In this document: positions 11,145 through 24,998 of the stretch, piece by piece
Layout of the letters: the number at the start of each line of letters is the position of its first letter
Position numbering within the stretch: position 1 is the first letter of the stretch
Source: Eledone cirrhosa
Lineage: Eukaryota
Direction of reading: 5' to 3'
Length of the DNA stretch: 64,000 nucleotides
Assembly: GCA_964016885.1 (NCBI GenBank)
Contig: OZ024746.1
Coordinates: 92,194,001-92,258,000, forward strand
The notes under the pieces: generated by a model
What the model saw: the letters and a program-made list of their open reading frames with translations, nothing else
Databases searched by the model: none
What the model was told of the DNA's origin: nothing
Made by a program: the position numbers and the translations under genes

Positions 11145-14100
11145 TCTATCCCTGGCTACTTGACATGTCTTGGCAGGGTTTAACTCTATCGCTGGCTAGT
11201 TGACATGTTCCCACAAGGTTTAACTCTATGCCCGGCTAGTTGACATGTCCTGGCATGGGTTAACTCTATCGCTGGCTAGTTGACATGTCCTGACAAGGTT
11301 TAACTATAACGCTGGCTAGTTGACATGTCCTGACAAGGTTTAACTCTATCTGTAGTTAGTTGACATGTCCTGGAATGGTTTAACTCTATACCTGGCTAGT
11401 TGACATGTCCTGACAATGTTTAACTCTATCCCTGGCAGTGTTGACATGTCCTGGCATGGTTTAACTCAATCCCTGGCTAGTTGACATGTCCTCACAAGGT
11501 TTACCTCTATCCCTGGCACGTTGACATGTCCTCGCAAGGTTTAACTCAATCCCTGGCTAGTTGACATGTCCTCGCAATGTTTTACTCTATCCTTCGTTAG
11601 TTGACATGTTGTGGCATGGTTTAAATATAACCCTGGCTGGATAAGATGTCCTCGGAAGGTTTAACTCTATCACTGGCTAGTTGACATGTCCTGACAAGGT
11701 TTAACTGAATCACTGGCTAGTTGACATGTCCTCACAAGGTTTAACTCTATCCTTGGCTAGTTGACATGTCCTGACAAGGTTTAACTCTATCCCTGGCAAG
11801 TTGACATGTCCTGACAAGGTTTAACTCTATCCCTGGCTAGTTGACATGTCCTGGCTTGGTTTAACTATAACGCTGGCTAGTTGACATGTCCTGAAAAGGT
11901 TTAACTCTATCCGTAGTTAGTTGACATGTCCTGGCATGGTTTAACTCTATACTTGGCTAGTTGAAATGTCCTGATAAGGTTTAACTCTATCCCTGGCTAG
12001 TTGACATGTCCTGGCATAGTTTAACTCAATCCCTGGCTAGTTGACACATCGTCTCAAGGTTTAACTCTATCCCTGGTTAGTTGACATGTCCTTACAACGT
12101 TTAACTCTAACCCTGGCTAGTTGACATGTCCTCACAAGGTTTAACTATATCGCTGGCTTGTTGACATGTCCTGGCAAGATTTAACTCTATCCCTGGCTAG
12201 TTGACATGTCTTGACATGGCTTAACTCTATCCCTGGCCAGTTGACATATCCCTACAAGGCTTAACTATATCCCTAGCTAGTTAACATGTCCTCACAAGGT
12301 TTTACTCTATCCTTCGCTAGTTGATATGTTCTGGCATGATTTAACTATAACCCTGGCTGGATAAGATGTCCTCAGAAGGTTTAACTCTATCCCTAGTTAG
12401 TTGACATATACCTGGCATGGGTTAAATCTATACCTGGCTAGGTGACACAACCTGACAAGTTTTATTTATATCCCCGGTTAGTTGACATGTCCTGACAAGG
12501 TTTAACGCTATCCCTGGCTCGTTGACATGTCCTGGAACGGTTTAATTCCATCACTGGCTAGTTGACATGTCCTGACAAGGTTTAACTGAATCCCTGGCTA
12601 CTTGACATGTCCTGACAAGGTTTAACTCTATCCCTGGCAAGTTGACATCTCCTGACAAGGTTTAACGCTATCCCTGGCTCGTTGACATGTCCTGGAACGG
12701 TTTAATTCCATCACTGGCTAGTTGACATGTCCTGACAAGGTTTAACTGAATCCCTGGCTACTTGACATGTCCTCACAAGGTTTAACTCTATCCTTGGCAA
12801 GTTGCCATGTCCTCACAAGGTATAACTCTATCCCCGGCTAGTTGACATGTCCTGGAATGGTTTAACTCTATACCTGGCTAGTTGACATGTCCTGGCATGG
12901 TTTAACACAATCCCTGGCTAGTTGACATGTCCTCACAAGGTTTACCTCTATCACTGGCACGTTGACATGTCCTCACAAGGTTTAACTCTATCCCTGGCAG
13001 TGTTGACATGTCCTGGCATGGTTTAACACAATCCCTGGCTAGTTGACATGTCTTCACAAGGTTTACCTCTATCACTGGCACGTTGACATGTCCTCGCAAG
13101 GTTTAACTCTATCCCTGGCTAGTTGACATATCCTTACAAGGTTTAACTCTATCCCTGGCTAGTTGACGTGTCCTGACAAGGTTTAACACTATCCCTGGCT
13201 AGTTGACATGTCCTGGCATGGTTTAACTATAACGCTGGCTAGTTGACATGTCCTGACAAGGTTTAACTCTATCCGTAGTTAGTTGACATGTGCTGGCATG
13301 GTTTAACTCTATACCTGGCTAGTTGACATGTCCTGATAAGGTTTAACTCTATCCCTGACTAGTTGACATGTACTGGCATAGTTTAACTCAATCCTTGGTT
13401 AGTTGACATGTCCTCGCAAGGTTTAACTCTATCCCTGGCTAGTTGACATATCCTTACAAGGTTTAACACTATCCCTGGCTAGTTGACATGTCCTCGCAAG
13501 GTTTAACTCTATCCTTGGCTAGTTGACATGTCCTCGCAAGGTTTAACTCTATCCTTGGTTAGTTGATATGACCTGCCATGGTTTAACTCTATCCCTGGCT
13601 AGTTGACATGTCTTCACAACGTATTACTCTATCCCTAGTTAGTTGACATGTCCTGAAAGGTTTAACTCTATGTCGGGCTAGTTGACATCTCCTCACCAGG
13701 TTTAACTCTATCCCTGGCTAGTTGACATATCCTCAAAAGGTTTAACTCAATCCCTGGCTTGTTGACATAACCTTACAAGGTTTAACTCTATCCCTGGCTA
13801 GTTGACATGTCCTGACAAGGTTTAACACCATCCCTGGCTAGTTGACATGTCCTCACAAGGTTTTACTCTATCCCTGGCTAGTTGACATGTCTTCACAAGG
13901 TTTTACTCTATCCCTGGTTAGTTGACATGCCCTGGCATGTTTTAACTATATTCCGAGTTAGTTGACATGTCCTGACAAGGTTTAACTCTATCCCTAGTTA
14001 GTTGACATGTCGTCACGATGTTTAATTCTATCCCTGGCTAGTTGACATGTCCTGACAAGGTTTAACTCTATCCCTGGCTAGTTCACATATCCTCACAATG

Positions 14101-15330
14101 TTTAACTCTATCGCTGGCTAGTTGACATGTCCTCACAAGGCTTAACTCGATCCCTGGTTAGTTGACATGTCCTCACAAGGTTTAACTCTATTCCTGGCTA
14201 GTTGACATGTCCGCACAAGTTTTAACTCTAGCTTTGGCTAGTTGACATGTCCTGACAAGGTTTAACTCTATCCCTGGCTAGTTGACATGTCCTGACATGG
14301 TTTAACTATAAAGCTGGCTAGTTGACATGTCCTGACAAGGTTTAATCTCTCTGTAGTTAGTTGACATGTTCTGGCATGGTTTAACTGTAACCCTGGCTAG
14401 TTGACATGTCGTGACAAGGTTTAACATTATCGCTGGCTAGTTGACATATCCTCACCAGGTTTAACTTTATCCCTGGCTTTTTTGACATGTCCTTGCAAGG
14501 TTTAACTTTATCCCTGGCTAGTTGACATGTCCTCACAAGGTTTAACTTTATCTCTGGCTAGTTGACATGTCCTCACAAGGTTTAACTCTATCCTTGGCTA
14601 GTTGACATGTCCTGACAATGTTTAACTCTATCCCTGGCTAGTTGACATGTCCTGACAAGTTTTAACTCTATCCCTAGTTAAGTAACATGTCCTGGCATGT
14701 TTTAACTCTATCCCTGGCTTGTTGACATGTCCTCACAAGCTTTAACTGTATCTCTGGCTAGTTGACATATCCTGACAAGGTTTAAATCTATTGCTTGCTA
14801 GTTGCCGTGTCCCCACCAGGTTTAACTCTATCCCTGGCTAGTTGACATGTCCTCACAAGGTTTAACTGTATCCCTAGCTAGTTGACATGTCCTCGCAAGG
14901 TTTAACTCTATCCTTGGTTAGTTGACATGACCTGCCAAGGTTTAACTCTATCCCTGTCTAGTTGACATGTCCTGGCATAGTTTAACTCTATCCCTGGCTT
15001 ATTTGACATATCATGGCAAGGTTTAACTCTAGCCCTCGTTAGTTGACATGTCCTGACAAGGCTTAACTCTATCTCTGGCTAGTTGACATGTCCTCACAAG
15101 GTTTAAATCTATCCATGGCTAGTTGACATGTCCTAACAAGGTTTAACTCTATCCCTGGCTAGTTGACATGTCCTCACAAGGTTTAACTCTATCCCTAGTA
15201 AGTTGACATCTCCTGACAAGGTTTAACTCTATTTGACACGTCCTCACAATGTTTAACTCTATCCCTGGCTAGTTGACATGTCCTGGCAAGGTTTATCTCT
15301 ATCCCTGGCTAGTTGACGTGTCTTCACAAC
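11145..15330. repeat. Satellite array, 40-bp unit, ~105 copies
   Basis: Consensus CTATCCCTGGCTAGTTGACATGTCCTGACAAGGTTTAACT. Confidence 0.98.
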
Positions 15331-15334
15331 ATAT

Positions 15335-15694
15335 TACTATATTCAGAGACCATAGTATAGCTATAGAATAGGTCAAGAGAGTTGTGACTGTGGTCAGAAG
15401 TTGTACTATATTCAGAGACCATAGTAATAGCTATAGAATAGGTCAAGAGAGTTATGACTGTGGTCAGAAGTTGTACTATATTCAGAGACCATAGTAATAG
15501 CTATAGAATAGGTCAAGAGAGTTATGACTGTGGTCAGAAGTTGTACTATATTCAGAGACCATAGTAATAGCTATAGAATAGGTCAAGAGAGTTGTGACTG
15601 GGGTCAGTAATTGTACTATATTCAGAGACCATAGTAATAGCTATAGAATAGGTCAAGAGAGTTGTGACTGTGGTCAGAAGTTGTACTATATTCA
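15335..15694. repeat. Minisatellite, 70-bp unit, ~5 copies, directly abutting the 40-bp array
   Basis: TTGTACTATATTCAG at 15401, 15471, 15541, 15611 and 15681. Confidence 0.97.
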
Positions 15695-15899
15695 GGAATG
15701 GGCTTTTGCTGGTCAGTAAGATGGCTTCCTTCTAGATATCAGTTGTGTGTAGTTAGAAGCAGTGTGTCAGGTGTAAGAGAAAAACTGTAGTCTATCATCT
15801 TGTAGAGGGTCAGCAACTGAGTTGAAATATTTCCTGCTGCTGAAAAGGAAGTTGTTGCAATGTAGTTTTAGCTTCGTTGTCTGAGGTGGCCACACCACA

Positions 15900-16150
15900 A
15901 TTGTCATTTTATGTCTTGTCCATGCTTTCATGGGTTAGACAGATCCTTTCCAACAGTCTCCCTCCACTCATAGCATGGGTTGGACAGGTCCTTTCTAACA
16001 CAATCTCCCTCCGCTCATAGCATTCCTTCCTCATCTCTTCTGTAAAGTTCCGCATTTTTAAGATCAGCTCTAACCATCTCTTCACAGGTTTTCCTCTACT
16101 GCAGCTTCTTTCCACTGGCAGCTGCAGTCGATAAAGATGTATTTTAGACA
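15900..16150 (-). mobile_element. RTE LINE 3' end remnant
   Basis: SRGKPVKRW..E..R.W-like C-terminus and degenerate RTE tail. Confidence 0.6.
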
Positions 16151-16439
16151 ACTTTAAGGGTTTTAGTTGTATGTTGTCCCTGACAACAAAGGATGAGGTA
16201 CAGGGTTTCCTTTATATGACCAGGAACCTGTGATTTTGAAAGAGACATGATTGTCATGTCTGTAGGGCCTTTGTTTAAGGAGGTAGAGCAAACTAGATAT
16301 GTCTAGGTAACGTGGGAATGAAGTTCATATGTGGAAGGCTAGAGTAAAGAGTAACATTGTTTATATAGAAGTGATAACAAGTATATTGTTAATATACAGA
16401 ACATAACAGAAATTTAGAGCACAGCAGGTATTTAACTGG

Positions 16440-16657
16440 TTAGTATTTACATTACTCTATATTTGCTACAGTATTTTCATGGTAAACACTTTATTTTATA
16501 TAATTATCTCACATAATATCGAATCTATGAGATTTTGATATTTATTTTGAGAACAATACCTTAACATCAGTATGAGTAACCGGTTACAGCTGGTTTGAAC
16601 AGAAAGAGGTGAGAGAATTCTGGCCAGATATGGCTCATTTAAATGCTAATGGGTTAA
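16440..16657 (+). mobile_element. TTAA-type (piggyBac-like) MITE family 1 copy
   Basis: Homologous to 43446-43661; ends AAATGCTAATGGGTTAA. Confidence 0.7.
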
Positions 16658-17128
16658 TCAAGTGTAGATCTGAGAAAGCTGTCATTATCTGACAGGAAAT
16701 GGGAGATAGCTGCAGTCCTAGGAAGGCAGCTTGGTGATTGTCATGCTAGATATCAGCACATCTCCTTTGCTATATTCTAAAGTAACATACTTTTTGTCTA
16801 CTGGGACCATTGGGTAACATCCACTTAAAGTTCTGTACATCAGAGAGGGAAAAGAATGTTACAAGCTTTCCATGGCTGCTTCATGCTGTTACCATTGGGC
16901 ACTACATACACACATACATGTAAAGTGGTCATGTAGGTGTCATAGCAAAAAGCACCCAGTTCACACTGTAAAGTGGCAGTGTAGGTGTCATAACAAAAAG
17001 GACCCAGTACTCACAGTAAATGAGGTTGGCGTTAAGAAGGGCATCCAGCTATAGAAACCAAGCTGAAATCAGTTCTGTAGGTGCAAGACATGGTCACCCG
17101 ACCTAGGCATTGCCCATAACAGGACAAC

Positions 17129-18180
17129 TTGGTTACTGCTGTGTCTAAGGTTTACTCATGTATAATAACACCTATTGGTTACTGCTGTGTCTGAGGTTTA
17201 CTGATGTATAACAACACCCACTGATTACTGCTGTGTCTGAAGGTTTACTCATGTATAACAACACCCACTGGTTACTGCTGTGTCTGAAGGTTTACTCATG
17301 TATAACAACACCCACTGGTTACTGCTGTGTCTAAGGTTTACTCATGTATAATAACACCTATTGGTTACTGCTGTGTCTGAGGTTTACTGATGTATAACAA
17401 CACCCACTGGTTACTGCTGTATCTGAAGGTTTACTCATGTATAACAACACCCACTGGTTACTGCTGTGTCTGAAGGTTTACTCATGTATAACAATACCCA
17501 CTGGTTACTGCTGTGTCTAAGGTTTACTCATGTATAATAACACCCACTGGTTACTGCTGTGTCTAAGGTTTACTCATGTATAATAACACCTATTGGTTAC
17601 TGCTGTGTCTGAGGTTTACTGATGTATAACACCCACTGGTTACTGCTGTGTCTGAAGGTTTACTCATGTATAACAACACCCACTGGTTACTGCTGTGTCT
17701 AAGGTTTACTCATGTATAATAACACCTATTGGTTACTGCTGTGTCTGAGGTTTACTCATGTATAACAACACCCACTGGTTACTGCTGTGTCTGAAGGTTT
17801 ACTCATGTATAACAACACCCACTGGTTACTGCTGTCTAAGGTTTACTCATGTATAACAACACCTATTGGTTACTGCTGTGTCTGAGGTTTACTGATGTAT
17901 AACAACACCCACTGGTTACTGCTGTGTCTGAGGTTTACTGATGTATAACAACACCCACTGGTTACTGCTGTGTCTAAGGTTTACTCATGTATAACAACAC
18001 CTATTGGTTACTGCTGTGTCTGAGGTTTACTGATGTATAACAACACCCACTGGTTACTGCTGTGTCTAAGGTTTACTCATGTATAATAACACCTATTGGT
18101 TACTGCTGTGTCTGAGGTTTACTGATGTATAACAACACCCACTGGTTACTGCTGTGTCTAAGGTTTACTCATGTATAATA
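17129..18180. repeat. Minisatellite, 47-48-bp unit, ~22 copies
   Basis: GGTTACTGCTGTGTCTGAAGGTTTACTCATGTATAACAACACCCACT. Confidence 0.97.
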
Positions 18181-18408
18181 ACAACAACATCAACAACAGT
18201 TGAAAGTTTAGCAATTTTTCTTTATTTAAAATACAAATAAAAAACAAAACAAAAAAAAACAATCACATAAAAAGTAAATCTCTTATTTTGAATCAATATA
18301 TTTTCTGTAGCAGTGTCTGAAAAAATAATTAAATTTTGTTTTTAATTTAGAATTCTTTTGTCCATAATTATTTGATTTTCCCTTTAATTTTGAATGAAAT
18401 AAAAATAC

Positions 18409-18660
18409 TTAACTCTTTCATTGTTGTATTTCTAATAAAACACACTGCATATGAATTTCAAATAATGTTTTAAATAATCAAGAATTTGGAGAGATTTGAT
18501 AAAATAACTTTTACCTAATTAGGTTGTTGTTTTGAGCATGACTTAAAGGCTCTTACATAAAATTACGATGGAAGGCGTTTAAGGTAAATATAATCACTTT
18601 AAAACAGTTTTCTATCATAAAAATCAGGGCAGTTTCAGACAGTTTGGTATTAAGGGTTAA
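18409..18660 (+). mobile_element. TTAA-type MITE family 2 copy (relatives near 45537-45744 and 59757-59972, plus other fragments)
   Basis: TTAACTCTTT...AAGGGTTAA termini; shared internal CATAAAATTACGATGGAAGG motif. Confidence 0.6.
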
Positions 18661-19389
18661 AATAAAAAATACATAAGGAGGTGCCAAAATTTAATGTGAA
18701 AAAAAAAAAAAATTCAAATAAAACTTAATAAATTTAATTGGCTCGTTATAATATTTTAGTTATTGTCTGGTTATAATTGTTACAGTTCAGAAATTATCAA
18801 GAAGACCTATCATTGAAAACATTCCAGATTTGAATATCATCTTTTTTCCCTATTATTGATTATATCCTTCTTTAACCCCTTCAATACTGATTTTCAAAAA
18901 CATAAGTTTGTTTTTGATTGGAAATATTTGATTTTGATCAAATTAAACTAGTAACATGTATTTTTATGTGTATTCTTTAATATCCACATGGGACCTCTTT
19001 TGTTTGATCAGTATTATAAATAGGGACAACTTAATCTCAGTAATATCCACTTTGTTCAATATGATCAGCAACTAAAGACAACTTTGAATACTTGTACAAC
19101 AAAGAAACTAGCATTGTCAAAATATCATTCGGTCCCATCTAAATAAACTTTATTTAGGGATCTAATGACCTTACAGTATTCAATGGGTTAAGACAGTAGG
19201 GGTTGTGAGTCGAGGGAGATTTGGCTACTATTTCTAGCAGTACAAGTGAATGTGTAGATCAGTCATGGGCAAACTGAGGCATGTGAGTCATGTTTGGCTT
19301 TCTGAATAGCACATTTAATTTCAAAATTGCCTTGACATTTTTAGTAATTTGGCTCGACTTATGATGGGCCACATCCTATGTGGCCCAGC

Positions 19390-20585
19390 TTATGATGAAC
19401 CACCATGGATGTGGCTCACTGCTTGATAAAGGTAGGACATCCTAAACAGATGGACTGAGTACTGCTCAGAGCTGTACAACCTCAGAGCCACAGGTGATCC
19501 AGAAGTACTGAAAGCCCCTCTGGCAACCAACAATGACATCCCATCCTTCGTGAAGAGATGGAAGCAGCTGTGAAGTCTGCAGGAGGGGACAACATTCCAG
19601 CAGAGCTGGTGCAGAACCCATGATAAGTGCCCTAATGACCATCTGTAACAAGATCTGGCAGACAGGAGAATGGCCCGCAACATAGACCCAGTCACTCATC
19701 ATCGCCCTCTCCAAGAAAGGCAACTTACAGCTATGCAAAAACTCTCGTACCATTAGCCTCATCAGCCACCCAAGAAAAGTCATGTTGAAGATCTTGCTAA
19801 ACCGAATGAACACACAAGAAAAGATTATCACTGAAGAACAAGCAGGCTTCCAACCAGGACAGATCTTCAAACTTAGAATAATATGCAAAAGGTACCTCCA
19901 ACACCAACAGGACCCTACCATGTCTTTGTGGACTTCAAGAAGGCGTTTAACAGGGTTTGGCACGCAGCGATGTGGGCAACAATGAAGCTGCACAACATCA
20001 ATGGCAGCTTGATCAGGGTGATACAGAGCCTGTATGACAGAGCCACCAGTGCAGTCTACTTAAACTACATTGGGGACTGGTTCAGAACCACAGCTGGAGT
20101 AAGACAAGGCTGTTTTCTCTCTCCATCTTTTAAGAGAAAATTATGACAGGCACATTGGACAACCATGAAGGGACAGTCAGCATTGGTGGCAGGACTGTTG
20201 TGAACTTAGGTTTTGCCGACGATATAGATGGTAGGAAGAGGAGTTAGCCAACCTAGTGGAATGTCTTGACAAGACTTCTACTTCCTATGGCATGCAGATC
20301 TGCCCAGACCACAGCGCACTTACAAAACTCAAGATAATCTGGAATGACAAGAACATAGCCCTCAGCTCAAAGATCAGACTTATGCGCTCTCTGGAGATGT
20401 TTCAGAAATCTCCTTGGTATCACCTACAGAGACCACAACTCCAATGAGGTGCAAAACGGTGATGGGAGGACAATATCCTGGATGCAACCATGAGGAGGGC
20501 GGAAAGGTGAAAGGAATGGAAGGAGCTGGTTACCAGGTCATCTGTGGTGCCACAATGGTCCACCAGACAGATGAGATGATGAGAG
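19390..20585 (+). mobile_element. RTE/BovB-like LINE RT fragment, degenerate
   Basis: RTISLISHP.KVMLKILLNR, EEQAGF, FVDFKKAFNRVWH, GVRQGC.LSP, NL.FADDI motifs across frames. Confidence 0.9.
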
Positions 20586-20736
20586 AGTGTGTATGTATTA
20601 TGTTTGTGTTGTGAGGGTTGATGTTGGATAAATTGGTTGTAAATCCTTGGCTGATTATGTAATTCAGCTTCAGTTTTGTGGCATGTATGTGTCAAGGGTG
20701 TACTGTCATTATGTGCTATGTATGATCTCCAACTCA

Positions 20737-21230
20737 CAGAGTTTGTATATCTCAGTCTATCATCAAACAATGGAATGGTTGCTCTCCAATATCGCATCTC
20801 TCTAGGTTGGGCAGCTTTCAACAAGAACAAGGAAGTACTAACATCAAAACGAGTTTCCTATCATTTGAAGGCTAAGATCTTTGATACTTACATCCTACCA
20901 GTTGTGTTATATGGCCTTCACTGTGTTAATTGGACGACAAGGTAACTTCAGAAGCTCTCTACATTCCAGAACCACATTATGAGACTTATGACTAGCAAGT
21001 GGCTCAGCGATCATATCTGTATCAGTGAGCTGCTCAACATTACCAAACTTAGACCAATTACATCAATTGTCAAGTCAAGTGTACTCAAACTATACGGCCA
21101 TATAAAAAGATCAACTCGTGCTGTGAATAGGTTATGCCTGGAAGGAAGGTTGGCTGGCAAGAGAAGCTGAGGCTGGTAGCCAAAACAATGGCTTGACGTC
21201 AACTTATGGACTGGACTTGATCTTTGAACT
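20737..21230 (+). mobile_element. RTE LINE RT C-terminal fragment
   Basis: EFVYL..RISLGWAAF..ILPVVLYG..LKLYGHIKR. Confidence 0.8.
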
Positions 21231-21379
21231 CTGCTGCTGGTGATCGAACTTTGTGGAGACAAATATCTCATGTTGATGTGCAGTCTGCAACTGGTTGAGT
21301 TTAGCGTCACAAGAGATGTATCAGGAGTGTACTGTCATTATGTGACATGTATGTGTATGTCAGGGTTATACTGTACCCT

Positions 21380-22082
21380 AGATGTGGTGGAAGTTTCACA
21401 TACCTTGGCTCCATCTCCAGCAGGCTCAGCCTGGACATCGAGCTGAACTCAAGGATTGGCAAAACTACAGCAGCAATGGCTTGTCTGTCAAAGAGAGTGT
21501 GGGAAAACTCCATGCTAACCATCAAGACAAAGCCTGCGTGCTGAGTACACTGCTGTATGGAAGTGAGGCCTGGACTACATACTCCTGCCAAAAATGCAGG
21601 CTCAACACCTTTCACCTACGCTGCCTCAGGACGATCCTCGGCATTTGATGACAGGACCACGTCTCTAACAAGGATGTCTTAGCGTGGGCAGGAACCCCCA
21701 GCATGTTTGCCGCATGCAGGATGGCAGAATATCCAAAGACATTTTATATGGTGAGCTTACCACTGGTTCCAGACTCATAGGAAGGCCCACACTCCGCTAT
21801 AAAGATGTGTGCAAGTGGACTTCAAGGCAGGTGGTATTGCACCAGCAGCTGGCAACTTGCTATCAAGACATCAGAGCAGAGGAGAGAGAAGTGGGAGGAA
21901 AGAAGAGCACGTAGACAGCAGAGTCAGCGCCTTCGGACGACATCGTTTTCACACTTAGCAACTGCAACAGGACCTGCCATTCAAAGATCGGGCTCTACAG
22001 CCACAGACGGCGCTGCAGTTCCACCACAGACTGACATCCGTGGTGCAATCTCGATTGTCTCCCGAGACAGATGGATGCCAGA
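21380..22082 (+). mobile_element. RTE/BovB-like LINE 3' fragment
   Basis: FTYLGSI..RIGK, VLSTLLYGSEAWT, FHLRCLR.ILGI, KDILYGEL..GRP.LRYKDVCK. Confidence 0.88.
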
Positions 22083-22102
22083 AGTAGATATATATATACA
22101 TC

Positions 22103-22408
22103 TCATCATCATCATTTTACGTCCGCTTTTCCCTGCTTGCAAGGGTGGGACGGGAACTGATTCTGGCTTGGTTTCTACAGCTGGATGCCCTTCCTAACAC
22201 CAACCTCATTTACAGCGAGTACTGGGTGCTTTTTTGCCATGGCACCTACACGTCCACTTTACAATGTGGGCTGGGTGTTTTTTTGCCGTGGCACCTCCAC
22301 GACCACTTTGCAGTGGAATGATATGAACCCCAGTCCTATCATCTCATTTCTACAGCTGAGTAAACTGGAGCAATGTGAAATAAAGTGTCTTGCTCAAGGA
22401 AACAACAC
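22103..22408 (-). mobile_element. SINE family B (RTE-tailed) copy
   Basis: Matches 31572-31948; GGATGCCCTTCCTAACACCAAC core and RTE-like tail. Confidence 0.88.
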
Positions 22409-22450
22409 ATATATATATATACATATACATATATATGTGTGTGTATATAT

Positions 22451-23470
22451 ATTCCAAACATGGAAGCAGGGACTAGAAAGAAGGGGTCTTAAAGTCAACC
22501 TGACAAAGACTAAAGTCCTCATAAGTAGATGGAAAAACAGAACCCAGATCCCCTCAGGGAAATGACCTTGCTCTGTATGCAGGAAAGGTGCAGGTAGAAA
22601 TTCCATCCTCTGCCTCAAATGTAAACTATGGGTTCACAAGAGATGTAGTGGGATCTCAGGAAATTTAACTAAGAATGTAGGCTTCACATGTAGCAGCTGC
22701 ACCGGGACAGTAAGCAGCAAATGGTCACAGGAAACAAGCACTGCCAAACTCAGAGGGTTCAGTAGAAACAGTAGACAGCTTCTGCTACCTAGGTGACCGA
22801 ATTAGCAGCGGAGGGGGTGTTCTGAAAGTACAGTAACCAGGGTAAGAACGGGATGGAAGAAGTTCAGGGAGCTAGTGCCACTGCTAGCTACAAAAGGCAG
22901 CCTGTATGATGCATGCATACGAACAGCAATGTTACATGGTAGTGAGATCTGGGTGTTGTGTGTAGAAGACTTGCGTAGATTAGAAAGGAAGGAAGCTTGC
23001 ATGCTCCGATGGATGTGTAATAGTAATATACGTGAATCATCATCATCACAGTTTTATGTCCGTTCTTCCACGCTAGCATGGGTTAGACGGGTTGTCCTGT
23101 TGTGGGCAGTGTCTGGTTGGCTGACCATGCCTTGCTCATACAGGAACTGATTTGGCTTGATTTCTACAGCTGGATGCCCTTCCTAACACCAACCTCATTT
23201 ACAGCATAAACGAACTGAGAGAGAGACTAAGCATAAGAGGCATCAGATGCTGTGTGCAGGAGAGGAGGAGGTTGAGTTGGTATGGACATGTGATGCGTAT
23301 GAAAGATGACAGCTACATAAAAAGGGGCAGAGAACTAGAAATCGATGGAAGCCTTGGATTGGGGAGACCCAAGAAGACCTGGAATGAGGTGATAAAAACT
23401 GACCTTGCCCAATTGCACCTCTCAAAGGACCGAGACCTCTGGCGTTACGCAGTAATACAGAAGACCAGAG
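22451..23470 (+). mobile_element. RTE LINE 3' fragment interrupted by a SINE piece (23036-23205, minus)
   Basis: [45 protein letters not shown]. Confidence 0.9.
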
Positions 23471-23743
23471 TTCCTACGGGTACAAGCCGAAGCTGAAGCA
23501 TATAGACAATATGCCCCCACCCCTCCCACTGTAAAGTGGTTGTGGAGGTGTCACGACAAAAAGCACCCAGCCCACACTGCAAAATGGTCATGTAGGTACC
23601 CAGCACTCACTGTAAATGAAGTTAGTGTTAGGAAGGGCATCCAGCTGTAGAAACCAAGCCAAAATCAGTTCTGTATGAGCAAGATATGGTCACCTGCCTA
23701 CTCCATGCTAGTGTGGAAACATTGACGTAAAACGGTGATGATG

Positions 23744-23774
<31 letters not shown>

Positions 23775-23877
23775 TACATACACATTATGCATAAACATAT
23801 ATATATACATACATACATACGCATACATATATATAAATAAATACATACACATATATATATATATCCATATACATCTA

Positions 23878-23936
<59 letters not shown>

Positions 23937-24958
23937 TAAAAACAAACACTAATACATGTTAGATGCTCGAATGCTTTTATTTATATAAATTGTGTTTACT
24001 GGAGTATTTGTGTTTAGTTTATTTTTTTGTTATTTTTTAATTTTATCTTTTTATTTATGTCTGTGTACATATGTATGTATATATATATATATATATATAT
24101 ATAATTATATAAGGATAATGTAACAATGTGGTTTGATTTTGTAATTGAGAGGCTCTTCCGACAAGTATATACATCAACTGTTAAACACAACCAAACAGAC
24201 CGAATTAAACTGACTGAACCAAACAGAACACCCTGAATGGAAATGAAGAAATTCTTACTTATTGGGGGGAAATGCAGAGATTTACTCACAAAATTTTGCT
24301 ATCTCAAATTACTAGTATTTTCAACTGTATAGGATGAGCGTGTTTGTGTGTGTGCGTATGTGGGACACATACACATTTGTATGTATATTCTGTTCATAAG
24401 ATTTATGAAAATCATTTTCAACGAAGCAATAACTGCTTCACTGCACGGTTCCAAAACATATTTATATAGTTAGATAAATCGATTAATTGTTGGATCAGCA
24501 TGTGTGTGTGTACAGAAAAAAGCTAATTGCATTAAGTTGCTATAGTAAGTTACACTGTGGCAAGATATAAGCCCTTTCATAGAAAAGGCTGTCTTTTATT
24601 CCATAATTCCATATGTACATATATACACACACACACAAAAGAATAATAGTTAAGAGAAAGACATTTTAACTCTTAGGATTATAAAATGTTTTAAAATATA
24701 CTTCTTAAAGTTCCCTAACATTTAATTGGAATTCTCTATTGTAAAATCTTCCTCTTAAGACAACATCTATATATCAATATACATCAAAACTAACTGGTTT
24801 TTACTTGGAAAGAAAATGGAAAGGAGAAAGTTTTGAAGTAATAAAATGCCGAAACTCAAAAAATATTAGTTTGTGTTTTGAGTAAAAAGCTTGAAATATT
24901 GTAACCAAGGAGCAAGGTTGCAAAATGAGTTTGTCCTTATGACATCTAATTTTAGTCG

Positions 24959-24998
24959 TTAATGCAAGTCACTAGCTGATTTACTCCGAAATAATGAC
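24959..24998 (-). CDS. KIF18A: Kinesin-8 terminal coding exon ([12 protein letters not shown]-stop)
   Basis: Acceptor TTTATTTTTCAG, phase 2 matches the previous exon; TAA at 24961-24959. Confidence 0.65.

Noticed and set aside
11145-18180. Regular short repeats resembling CRISPR arrays
   Set aside because: Units are contiguous with no unique spacers, there are no cas genes and the context is eukaryotic; these are satellites
19466-19993. Long minus-strand ORFs here and at 34977-35537 and 29747-30142
   Set aside because: Antisense shadows of LINE or transposase coding sequence
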